This document shows, piece by piece, positions 49,392-59,968 of a DNA stretch of 64,000 nt. Each line of letters begins with the position of its first letter. The first letter of the stretch is position 1. The stretch is from NCBI GenBank assembly GCA_964252035.1, contig OZ176201.1; one strand, given 5' to 3'. Under the pieces are notes generated by a model that saw only the letters and a program-made list of their open reading frames with translations, did not search any database and was not told the DNA's origin. The DNA comes from Podarcis erhardii (taxonomy: Eukaryota). The position numbers were made by a program, and so were the translations under genes.

Positions 49392-51749
49392 ATATCATCC
49401 ACTGAAGTATAATGAAAAAGAAAATGGGTTTCACTTTAAGTCTCATATCCCAAAATTCCCCGATGCCAGAGTAGCCTATAAACCAGGATACTTTTTAAAA
49501 GCCTAAAGCAAAACAAAACAAAACAAAAACCCGCAAGATGCTTGTTTTACAACTCAGTCCTAAGCATGTTTGGCAATAACTCCCACTGTTTTCAGTGAGG
49601 CTTACTCTTTGGTAAGTGTTCACCAGATTGCTGCCTTGGACAAAGAGTTGAATGGCTACCTTTATGAATGGCAATATGAAAAGTTAATGAATGACTACAA
49701 GGGAGAGGGATACATAATGTAAATATTGTGATACAATCCTCCTCTTGGCAAGTGTACATTTGCATCAGTAAACCTATGTTTCTAGAGCTGCCTTGATGTT
49801 CATCCTCATAACATCACCTCTTTATGGAGGTATATTGCCCCCTCCTCTCAAATAAGTTTAGTGAAGAAGAAGAAAAAAACAACAGCAAGTGGTTGTTTGA
49901 ATCCCAAAGGGGTGTTGCCTCTGGGATTCAAGGTGCCACATCCTACCCCCAGTAAATTTATTTGACAATTTTAAGCACTGCTTCTTTGTGGAGCGAAAAG
50001 CCTTAATAGTGGCACAGACTGCATAGTCAGCAATGCCTGCATTGCACAGGAGGAGGGGCCTTCCACACCTGCAATGTTTTTGCTCTCATTTGAGAAAGAG
50101 GTACACCCCCCCCCCCAGCCATCCTGGGAAAAGTGCAGGGGCATGCCGCTCCCTGCATTGCACAAACTGCTTCCTCTGGTGGGGAAAGGGAGGCGCTGCT
50201 TGCAAGATGGACCATCCCTGCACTCCTCCCTCTCTTAGGTTAGCAAGTAAGGTATATGGAACCTGCCAGTACAGCATATATAGTATGTCACATTGAATAA
50301 TGCTTAACTTGAAAGTGCGCAATCAACCAGTAAGTTCTCCTCTGCAAGTGCCATTAAACTTCTTGGTGGTTTGTGCTGATTGTGTCTACATCTCCCTATC
50401 GCCTCGTAAGCACACCTCTTCACAGGTAGAAACCCTAAATGTGCATAGCTTCCACCATAAGATGCATATCTCAGCATATATATTTTTTTATTCACATTGA
50501 GAAGATTAAGTACTGCAGGCCAACAGAAAGTGTAAAGGTGTGTAAGGCATGAATATGGAGATAATTAACATGATCATTGAATCCTGAGAGTTGTTCTACA
50601 TTCCCATGCGAATTATGTCTAAGGGCTTATTTGTTTGGGGTTTTAAGGATTTGACACCTGGCCCTCTGTAGTCTTAAATTATCTAATCTGCTTGCTGGCT
50701 AAACGAAAATAATAACAAGCTTGTTCCGATTTAGAAACGTTAGAAAACTTAACTTCAAATTTGCTTACAATGTTCCATGTCAAAAGGCCAGAAATATACA
50801 AACATGATTTTAAAACAAAAATAGGATGAAGGTATTAAAATATATTCAGATTTCAAAAACTCAAAATGTGTTCAGTTTTGTTGATGTTATAAAATGTTCC
50901 TTGAGGACCATAACTTCTTTGTTTTCCACCAGATGGCGCCCTACTCCTGACTATCCTCTGGCAAAGGCTGATTCCCACTTTACAGGGCACTATCTGCATT
51001 GTAGTGTTTGCTGCAGTTTGGTGCAGAAAGGGGCAATGCAAATCCCTAAGTACTTGGCTGCTGGCTGCTGCTGTTTTATCCATTTCTTTTTGGTTGCAGG
51101 AATCACGTTGGCAAACATGCTCAAATAAGAGAGTTTTTAGAGTACGTCACAAGTTTCAAAGCACACATAGTATTTATCCAGCAATTTTGAATGAATATGA
51201 AATGACTGAACTGATTAGTAGTGTGCTTACTAATAAAGGAGGAGGTTGAGGAAGAAAGGGATGCACCCACCGCAGTTATAAAGCCCTCTGTGCTGCAAAT
51301 ATGTAAGGGGTGTGGGGGAAGGCCAGAAGATGATCTGCTATACTTCCCACTTTTCCGCTGAGAAGCCCATGCAGGGAGGCATATGCCCGCTAGACTAGAG
51401 GATTGATTTGGTTATTCCTGTGTTTGCAAAACAAACAAGCAGAAAACCCTAACAGTGTGTCCTTGAATGGACATCAGTGGCCCACAAATGGATTGGGGGG
51501 GGGGGAGAGGAAATACCTTTCATCTGAAATGTTCACATTGTGAGATAGTTATGACATAAAAGAGTGTGCTGAATTGGTAACAAAAATTGGTTCCAAAGAA
51601 AGAAAAAAGCTGCCAGTGGCTGGTTTCAGTGTGAAATGTACACAGCACAGTATGCCCTGTGTTCTGCCGCATCTGTATTATGAACCTGGAAAGGGATTTG
51701 AAGGTTGGCCGAAGCATTAAGCACTGGTGCCTCTAAAGCAAACTGGAAA

Positions 51750-52120
51750 GAACTTCAGCAAAGATGTCGCAAGACTGAAAGAAGCAGGCAGTGGACATTT
51801 CACATTGGTCACTTTGGTAGCAGTGGAGAGAATCCAACTACGATTATATCAGGGGGGTGGAATACTTCTCGCTATACACATACAATATTCTTGAGATCTT
51901 CTGAATTAGTTGAAAACACTTGGAGGAAGGGGGAAAGATCCTGGAATAACTGTGGTCAGCTTGTGGGAAACATCCACTCAATTTGCTGCAGCTGTCAAAA
52001 AAGCAAAACCAAATGTTGGGAGACCACTAGGGAGGGCTTGATGGAGAACCACAGTACTCTTGTGTTGTTGCTCTGTGCTCTGTTACAGTTCCTCTGATCT
52101 ACGCATCTGGTACTGGCTAA
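51750..52120 (+). mobile_element. Very old CR1 RT-region fragment
   Basis: Frameshifted remnants ELQ..., ERDPGI, STQFAAAVKKA resembling the CR1 ORF2 C-terminal region. Confidence 0.5.
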
Positions 52121-53077
52121 AGAAACAACTGTGTCTTAGGGAGACGGCTGGTTTGACTCGGTAATGGTGTTCTTGTATATTCATTTGAATCTGCTTCTCA
52201 ATATACTGTACAGGTAGACAGGGCATGCTCAGAACCCAGTAATATCTGCTGGGGGGTGTTGTTCAAAGAATATGAAACACAGGTGTGATCAAAGCCTCCT
52301 GGAATAGACACAGCCCAGTCACATCTGGGATTTGACCTGGATCAAGTTGGGCCCCAAAGCTTGTATGTCACGCTGGGCATTTTCTCCCGCCGGATAAATC
52401 AAGCCAGGTGTGGAGTGGCATAATTCTGACTTGCACTCCTTACGCCACAGTGCAAACATCCACATGGTGCAATGAGATGTTTGGGGAAGGGCATCACATG
52501 GGAACAGCATGGTTTCCCTCTTTGGAGGGAAAGTTGTTTCCACAACAGCCTGTTGAGGTTGCGTGCAAATATTTGCAGAAGCCCCCTTACTCTGCCGCCC
52601 TGCTGTCTCCTCTCCACTCAAAACACAACAGCAAGCGGAATAACTTAAAGGCAGCCGTCAAAATTGAAATCAGATGAAATGCAAAAATATTATGCTTTGG
52701 GTCTGAACTTTCCCTCTCCTCACAAATGAGATCCACGTCTCCCAAGGCAGGGGCTCTCTCTTGGGGGCCCCAAACCTGCTCAACCTGATAGAAAATGATG
52801 AGTGAGCAATTGCGATGACAGGCACAATGGGGTGAGATGGATTAGCAGTGGGGCAGGTCTCAATAGTTCAGTTCAGTTTCTTGAAGTCAAGATCTTAACC
52901 CCTTAAGGAGATGGCACAGGGTCTATCTCCAGTCTGTTTCTTCCTATGCCAAAGATGCAGTTGGCCAATAACTAATCCCATTGCCTGATTATTGCTGGGT
53001 ATTAGGAGGCAAAATGAGAGATTTCCAGGGGGAATTCGCTGGAACTCAATTCAGGCACCTCTCAGGTGGGTGCCATT

Positions 53078-53398
53078 GGTCTAGGCTGGCCTCAACTAGA
53101 GCCAGGGCTTTTTCGGCTGCGGCTCTAACCTGGTGGAATGCTCTGTCACAAGAGGCAAGGGCCCTGCGGGACTTGACATCTTTCCGCAGGGCCTGTAAGA
53201 CAGAGCTGTTCCACCAGGCCTTTGGTCAGGGCGCAGCCTGACTCCCTCCTTTGGCAATCTTTATAGAACTTTAGTTTATGGTTGCCATCAATTTTGATTT
53301 TAATTAATTTTTATAATGTTTTTATAATGTTGCACTATTTTAGTGTTGTTAGCTGCCCTGAGCCCGGCTTCGGCTGGGGAGGGCGGGATATAAATAAA

Positions 53399-53450
<52 letters not shown>
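53078..53450 (+). mobile_element. L2 LINE 3' end with (ATT)n tail, nested in a hAT-like MITE (~53025-53517)
   Basis: RAFSAAALTWWNAL...FRRACKTELFHQAF; GCCATT on both sides. Confidence 0.85.
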
Positions 53451-56400
53451 GCCATTCTAAGAGGAGGAGGCATTCATGGTGAGTTCCAGCACCTCTTTCC
53501 CCAGAAAAATAGCACTGGAGATGAGGATTCTGGATTAGTCCTATCTCAAAAGAAGCCTGTCCTAGCTGAAAAGTTTAGTGTTTCAGCTTCCTTTTTTCTC
53601 ATTGGCAAATCTGTTATGGAATATTAATATAGAAGAATGCTATAATTTGAAGTTGAGCCAGTGGGATTTGCAATTCTCAGGGCCAAAAGCAACCATTAAT
53701 TTGATTAATAGATTTATATTTTGTGACATAGTGGTATCCAGTGAATAGAGGGGTTTATTGCATTACAAAGCATCTATTAACATTTCTTAATCCAGGCAAT
53801 GTGCTGAAGTTGGTTTCACAAAAAGAAATTATTTATCCGTATTACTGACAAAGGAAATTATTTTCGTTCAGCAGTTTAAAAATGGCACCTGTGTTCGGAG
53901 TTACTGGGAACTGGATAAAAAAGGATATAACCATATTTACTAAGGAATAAGCTGCACCAACACCTTGGGACTGACTTCTGTGCAAACAAGCATAGGATCA
54001 TATTGCATATTATTAGTTAAAAGCAAGTCAGTTTACCAACTTAAAACACCACCATTTTGTTTTTCTCAGATTAAAGATGTTCATTTGTATTTGTTATACA
54101 TATTAGTTCCAGGCATGGCAGGAGGAGGGTACCAGATGTACGTATGGAAGCATGCATGGGAGTGGGGACTGAATCCAGCTCAGTCTCTACAGCCCACTTT
54201 TGACATGTGAGTGAGGCTGCCTACCTGTCTATCACCTGGTGTCATACGAGGGCAGGTGATACTTCCTCTGCAACCCTGGTTTGAATCCAAGCTGTGTCTG
54301 CAAAGATTCCTGCTGAACGTTGGGCTTGCATTTATTGATTGATTGATTTAGCACCAAATACAAGCTCCGCTTTCAAGAGGGATTGACTCCACTGGTGAAC
54401 TTGGCTTGGGAGCCTCCAGCTGGAGCTGATCCCAGTGGGATTTACAGTTGGAGTTGGATTTAAGCAGCACCAAATGAAGCCTCGTTGCCAAAGGAGCAAT
54501 TGATGCACCTGTGCAGTCCCAGTGGTTCCTTGGCAGATGCAGCTTTACCTCTCCTGAACCTGATTAGTCAGATCATGTCAGGTAAGTGAGAGGTGGGTGT
54601 GGCCAGCTGAAAATAGCTGCACGGCATGCATAGAGTGGCGGCTTACAAGCTTCAATTGTAATCTACTTAACCACCTATCCTGCTTCTCAACTAGGTGTTG
54701 GCTCTTCTCCAAGCATGACTGGCTAGCTGACTCCTAAGGAGGCCAGAGAAACACGCAAATGTGTCTCTTTTTCAAGGGAACAGGGCAGAATTCAAGCCCT
54801 GTGGGTTGGGAGCAAACATTATCCCATTTGCCCTGAAATTAGTGAGTTTTCTTAGCCATGAAAAGCAAAAGAAGTTTTTGAAAATACAACATTAACTACA
54901 ATGCCTCTAGCTTCTCCTGTTTCATTTGGTGACCAACACTACAATAATAAACAACTTTTGAATTGCAGCAAGTAATTTATGGTGACTGCATGGACGCTAA
55001 GGAAGTCAGGCCCTTACACCTTTAATAGTTTGTAAAAGTGGAAATTTCAGCTGGTGCAGTGTTTCTTCCCCCACCCCTTGCCTGTTAAAATTGCCTCTTC
55101 TATGCAGTGATTAAAAGTACAAGCACCCTTTTAACCTGGTCTACCTAGCGGTGACTGCTGAGCCCTTTTTCATCCCCACCTCGCTTCCAGAAGTGTATGT
55201 GAAAATGGAAGGTAATCTCACATTACATTTAATACTAAATGCCTCATTGTTGCATATGAGGATTTGTTTGTTTATACTGCTGTTCTGTGCTCTCTTGCCT
55301 CATTATAGTGTTACGGCTCATCCCTGTTCCTTCGCCGTACTTAACCACAGACTGCTCTGTTTAAGCTTCCCTGTAGTGAATATAAGCCTCACTGATTGAC
55401 CAGTTCAGACCTTATTTCTTCAGCCTATTGAAATAAGGCCTCTGGGCAATAATTCTGAATGCAAGAGGTTCTAGTGTGGCTCAGCCATCTCTTTGGTATA
55501 TATTTTGCATATTAGCTTGTTTTTGGATCACAGTTGAGTATAAGGCTGATGATTGGGAGCAGGAAACATTTTGAAATATTTCATTGATTCAGCAGGGAAG
55601 AGAAACCTGAAGAAAGTTGGGGGTAGGAACCAGCTGGCTGCCAGATGACTTTACCACCAAAGCCACAGGGCCCTGCCTCTGGAATTACTAGCCAAATAAA
55701 CCTCTGGCTTAGAGCCCTGGTGATTAGCTAGGCCTAGCATTGAGAACGAGTTGTTGAGCAGTGAAAAGGGCATTCACCAAGAATAACAATTTACCAACTG
55801 GGAAGCTAACCTCTCCTAGCTAAAACTAACCGTGAGGGATTCCATGCTGTGAAGGTGGCAACTAGATTAACCGTGTAGATAATGGTTGTGTGTAGTTAAG
55901 CAATTGTAGCTCATCTCTGTGAACTGAATGAGTTTGCTCTCTCTGTACATGGAAGATAAGCTATTGTGCCGTTTGTAAACGATGATGCCTAATGTGGAAA
56001 AGGTGCACACAATTCACAAAATGTAGTAAGAAATTTAAGCAGCCTCTGTCCAAGGCGTTAACATCCCAGTTACTGCTCTCCAACAGTACCATCTAGCTGG
56101 TTCAAGAGGCCAGGGCTGGCCCAAGACATTTTGGCACCTGAGCTGAACCACCAAATGGTGTGCCCCACCCCACCCCGCAAATGAATACGGGTTGAGTGAA
56201 GATCAGAAACAAGGACTGGGGAATAAATATCTACATTGGGATGTGCTGCCCTTGTGGATCCTGCCGCCTGAGGCAGTTGCCTTACTTGGCCTCATGGGTG
56301 GGCTGGCCTGCAAGAGGCCATACCCTTCCTACTTGCTCCATGTCCCATTGCAGTACATTGCTGCTCCTTTCCACCACCTGAGTTCTGACTGATCTAGCTG

Positions 56401-56490
56401 ATGGATTTGAATGAGACTGGACTGACTGATGAGAGCAGGTAAGTGGTTGTTCTGGCAGTACTGTACAGAGATTATATTATTAGAATCTCC

Positions 56491-56755
56491 TGTTATGTAG
56501 TGAAGTTTCACCCTGGGCCAGCAGGGAGATACTGTATATAGTTTTCACTCAGGTCTGTAGATAGTTTTCCCTCAGGTCCGCGTCAGTTATTTTAGGCGGG
56601 AACTCTGGGCTGTTGTTGTTACAATGTTGACAGCCGGCTGCCTATAAAAGCAGGCCGGCTGAGCTGTTTGCAGTCAGTTCTATTCCAGCTTACGAAATAA
56701 AGAGCTACTTGGAGAAATCGCTGCGTCGTCTGCTATGTCAACCCACAACTTAACA
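56491..56755 (+). repeat. 5' LTR (265 bp)
   Basis: TGTTA...TAACA termini, TATAAAA at 56643, AATAAA at 56696, 23-bp-period U3 direct repeat at 56538-56578. Confidence 0.92.
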
Positions 56756-56756
56756 C

Positions 56757-56774
56757 TGGCGACGAGGATGGGAT
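56757..56774 (+). promoter_or_regulatory. Primer-binding site complementary to the tRNA-Ser(GCU) 3' end
   Basis: TGGCGACGAGGATGGGAT, 1 nt after the LTR; complement of the recalled vertebrate tRNA-Ser(GCU) end ATCCCATCCTCGTCGCCA. Confidence 0.8.
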
Positions 56775-56950
56775 GGATGGACATCAGAGCACAGCCAGAT
56801 GCGGCCAGCCTCTGAACTGAGCTGAATCACTGAGCTGAATCACAGAGCGAAATCACTGAGCGAAATCACTGGACAGAACCAATTCAGAGCTGACTGTTCT
56901 GGCTAGAGCACGGTGTTCCATCCATCGCCCTTCACGCCGGCATCGGAATC

Positions 56951-59900
56951 ATGGCTTCACTTGTGCCTCTACCGCCGTTTGCGCCAGCCTCTGAATCATG
57001 GGATTCCTACCTCGCTCGGTTCGACTGCTACCTCCAAGCCAACGAGCTGACAGCAGTATCAAAGGATCGTAAGCGGGGTCTATTCCTCAGCCTCTGTGGG
57101 CCTGAGGTGTTTGAGACGGCCCGAGCATTGGTTGCGCCCGAAGCAGTCCAGGCAACACCATGGGACACGATCCAAGAGAAGCTCCGCAACCACTACGCAC
57201 CAAAGCCGTCCAAGATTGCTGCCCGCCATGCGTTCTACCACCGGAACCAGGCAGAGGGGGAGTCAATCAACAACTACACCACCGCCCTGCGACAGGCTGC
57301 AATGCACTGTGAGTTCCGAGACTTAGACGATGCCCTGATGGATCGAATCGTCTGCGGGGTCCGGGACATCCATCTGCAACGGCGTCTCCTCGCCAAGCCA
57401 GACCTCACGCTGCAGAAAGCCATTGAGGAGGCTGTGGCCTCAGAAGCTGCTGAACGCTCCGCCCAGGAGATCCGAAAGTGCAGCAGCCCGCGTCTTGCTA
57501 GGGAGCCAGTTCCGGTGCATCATGAAGAGGCCAGCAGTGATGAGGCATCCTCCAGTGAAGGCGATGACGTGCACCAGACAAAGCGGGAGCACAGGAAGTT
57601 CCAACAGAAGTCCAAGGGCCAACCGGAATGTGCCGGCTGCGGAGGCAACCATTCCCGTGCCAAGTGTCGATTCAGAGACGCCATCTGTAGGAAGTGTTCC
57701 AGAAGGGGCCACATCGCTAAGGTCTGCCGATCGGCTCCGTCTGACACCCCCCCTTCATCGACTCGCAAGTCCAAGCCTTCACTCCAGTCTGCCAAGGAAA
57801 GTTGTTTCGCTCTCACCAACTGCCGCTGCCCGTCTGGAACCACGATTGGCCAAACCGACTCGCCTACGCGACGCAAGCTGAACGTCACGGTGCTCATTGA
57901 AGGAGCTCCATGTGACATGGAGATCGACACCGGGTCTGCCCTGTCCATCGTGTCATGGAGCACCATCAAAAGACTGGTACCCAGATTGTCCAAAAGGCAA
58001 CTCGACTCTCACCGCGTACACCTGAGAGACTACCAGGGAAACGACATTCCCGTGGTAGGCGTTGGCCGGTTCCGGATTGCCTTCAAGGATTTTTCGGGCC
58101 TGCTCCGGTTGGTGGTGGTCGAAGGTCAGCGGCCAAGCCTCCTAGGGCTAGACTGGTTTGATGCCCTCGGCCTGGAAGTCACCGGCATCAACTGCATCTC
58201 TAACGCAGAGATTGAGGGTCTGGTCAAAGACTTTGCCGAGGTTTTTGACGGCACCTTGGGGCAATATACAGGTACGCCCATCTCCTTTAGCCTTGATCCA
58301 CAAGTCGCCCCCATCAAGCTAAAGCCACGCCGGGTTCCCTTTGCTCTCAAGGCTAAGGTGGACGAACAACTGGACAAACTGATCGCCCAAGGAGTTTTGG
58401 AGCCGGTTGACCACGCCAAGTGGGAAACCCCCATCGTCACGCCTGTCAAGCCAGATGGGTCGGTGAGAATCTGCGCTGACTACAAGTGCACGATCAACAA
58501 GGCACTTCAGCAGCACGCTTATCCGGTTCCTGTTGTCCAACACCTGCTGCATTCCCTGGGTGAGGGTAAGGTCTTCGCTAAGCTGGACCTTGCCCAAGCC
58601 TATCAACAACTGCCAGTCGATGATGCCACTGCTGAAGCCCAGACGATCGTCACCCACCGGGGGGCATTCCGTTGCCGCCGGTTGCAGTTCGGGGTGAGTG
58701 TGGCTCCTGGCATCTTCCAAAGCCTTATGGAGCATCTCCTGCAAGGGCTTCCGGGCGTGGTACCATATTTTGATGACGTCTTGGTGTTTGCAGACTCACA
58801 CCAGCAGCTGTTCGAGCGCCTCCGTGCCGTGCTGACCAGGTTCCAAGAGGCCGGGCTCAAGGTAAAGAGGGAGAAGTGCCAGATCGCCGTTCCACAGGTA
58901 GAGTTCCTGGGCTATCTTATCGATGCCTCCGGCCTTCACCCGACCACATCCAAGATCCGCGCTATCCAGCAGGCCCCCACCCCAAAGAACAAGATGGAGT
59001 TGCAGGCGTTCCTGGGGCTGCTGAACTTTTATAACATGTTCCTGCCCCACAAAGCCACAGTGGCTGAGCCTCTTCACCGACTCCTTAGTACAAAGACGCC
59101 TTGGGCCTGGGGTCATCGGGAGACGGCGGCCTTCAACGCGGTTAAGGCTCTCCTTTCATCAGACAGTGTGCTGGTACAGTACAGTGAATCCAGGCCGCTG
59201 GTCCTTGCCTGCGACGCCTCACCTTTTGGCATCGGTGCTGTCCTTAGTCACCGTTTTCCAGATGGAAGAGAAGCACCGCTCGCCTACTTTTCCAGGACAC
59301 TATCTCTGACGGAACGGAATTACAGCCAGCTCGACAAGGAGGCATTGGCACTTGTGGCTGGAGTGAAGAGGTTCCATGAATACCTCTATGGCAGGACTTT
59401 TGACCTCATCACTGACCACAAGCCACTCCTGGGCCTCCTCGCCGGTGATCGTCCAACTCCACCGGTCCTCTCGCCACGCATGCTGCGATGGACTGTTTTC
59501 CTGGCTGCCTACCACTACCGGCTCATCCATCGCCCGGGGAAATCAATGGGCCATGCCGACGCCCTCAGCCGTTGCCCTCTTCCAGCATTTGTGGAAGACC
59601 CGGCTCCAGCTTCATCGCTCCTTCTGATTGAGGATCTTCCGGCAGCGCCTGTATCAGCTGCCACTGTGGCCTCCGCGTCTGCCCAGGATCGCACCATCAG
59701 CCGGGTGCTCAACTGGGTGTGGAGGGGGTGGCCACAAGGGCCTTTTGCATCGGAGTTCCAGCCCTTCGCAACCAGACAACATGAACTCTCAGCTCATCGC
59801 GGCTGTCTGCTGTGGGGAGACCGCGTCGTGATTCCCCAGGGACTCCGTCAGCGCGTCCTGGAGGCTCTGCACGTTGGCCACCCGGGAATTGTCAAAATGA

Positions 59901-59968
59901 AGGCGTTAACATCTCCTATGCTTTACATGGAGAGATTCCAAGTTCAGTTCTTTGACATCTCCAGTTGA
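56951..59968 (+). CDS. Gypsy Gag-protease-RT-RNase H polyprotein truncated in the integrase Zn-finger (987 element codons + 18 flank-derived)
   Basis: Two zinc knuckles, DTGS protease, LDLAQAY and YFDD RT motifs, DAS...TDHKPL RNase H, LHVGHPG integrase start. Confidence 0.93.
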   Translation: MASLVPLPPFAPASESWDSYLARFDCYLQANELTAVSKDRKRGLFLSLCGPEVFETARALVAPEAVQATPWDTIQEKLRNHYAPKPSKIAARHAFYHRNQAEGESINNYTTALRQAAMHCEFRDLDDALMDRIVCGVRDIHLQRRLLAKPDLTLQKAIEEAVASEAAERSAQEIRKCSSPRLAREPVPVHHEEASSDEASSSEGDDVHQTKREHRKFQQKSKGQPECAGCGGNHSRAKCRFRDAICRKCSRRGHIAKVCRSAPSDTPPSSTRKSKPSLQSAKESCFALTNCRCPSGTTIGQTDSPTRRKLNVTVLIEGAPCDMEIDTGSALSIVSWSTIKRLVPRLSKRQLDSHRVHLRDYQGNDIPVVGVGRFRIAFKDFSGLLRLVVVEGQRPSLLGLDWFDALGLEVTGINCISNAEIEGLVKDFAEVFDGTLGQYTGTPISFSLDPQVAPIKLKPRRVPFALKAKVDEQLDKLIAQGVLEPVDHAKWETPIVTPVKPDGSVRICADYKCTINKALQQHAYPVPVVQHLLHSLGEGKVFAKLDLAQAYQQLPVDDATAEAQTIVTHRGAFRCRRLQFGVSVAPGIFQSLMEHLLQGLPGVVPYFDDVLVFADSHQQLFERLRAVLTRFQEAGLKVKREKCQIAVPQVEFLGYLIDASGLHPTTSKIRAIQQAPTPKNKMELQAFLGLLNFYNMFLPHKATVAEPLHRLLSTKTPWAWGHRETAAFNAVKALLSSDSVLVQYSESRPLVLACDASPFGIGAVLSHRFPDGREAPLAYFSRTLSLTERNYSQLDKEALALVAGVKRFHEYLYGRTFDLITDHKPLLGLLAGDRPTPPVLSPRMLRWTVFLAAYHYRLIHRPGKSMGHADALSRCPLPAFVEDPAPASSLLLIEDLPAAPVSAATVASASAQDRTISRVLNWVWRGWPQGPFASEFQPFATRQHELSAHRGCLLWGDRVVIPQGLRQRVLEALHVGHPGIVKMKALTSPMLYMERFQVQFFDISS

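Larger units (their letters stand above)
56491..59911 (+). mobile_element. Gypsy/Ty3 LTR retrotransposon lacking the integrase core and 3' LTR
   Basis: 5' LTR, PBS and gag-pol ORF; perfect 5-bp TSD TCTCC at 56486-56490 and 59912-59916. Confidence 0.95.

Noticed and set aside
54348-54581. Exon-like segment ending in a strong donor CAG|GTAAGT
   Set aside because: All three frames contain stops and no partner exons were identified
57096-59831. Alternative-frame and antisense ORFs within the Gypsy element
   Set aside because: Shadows of the GC-rich pol frame with no motifs
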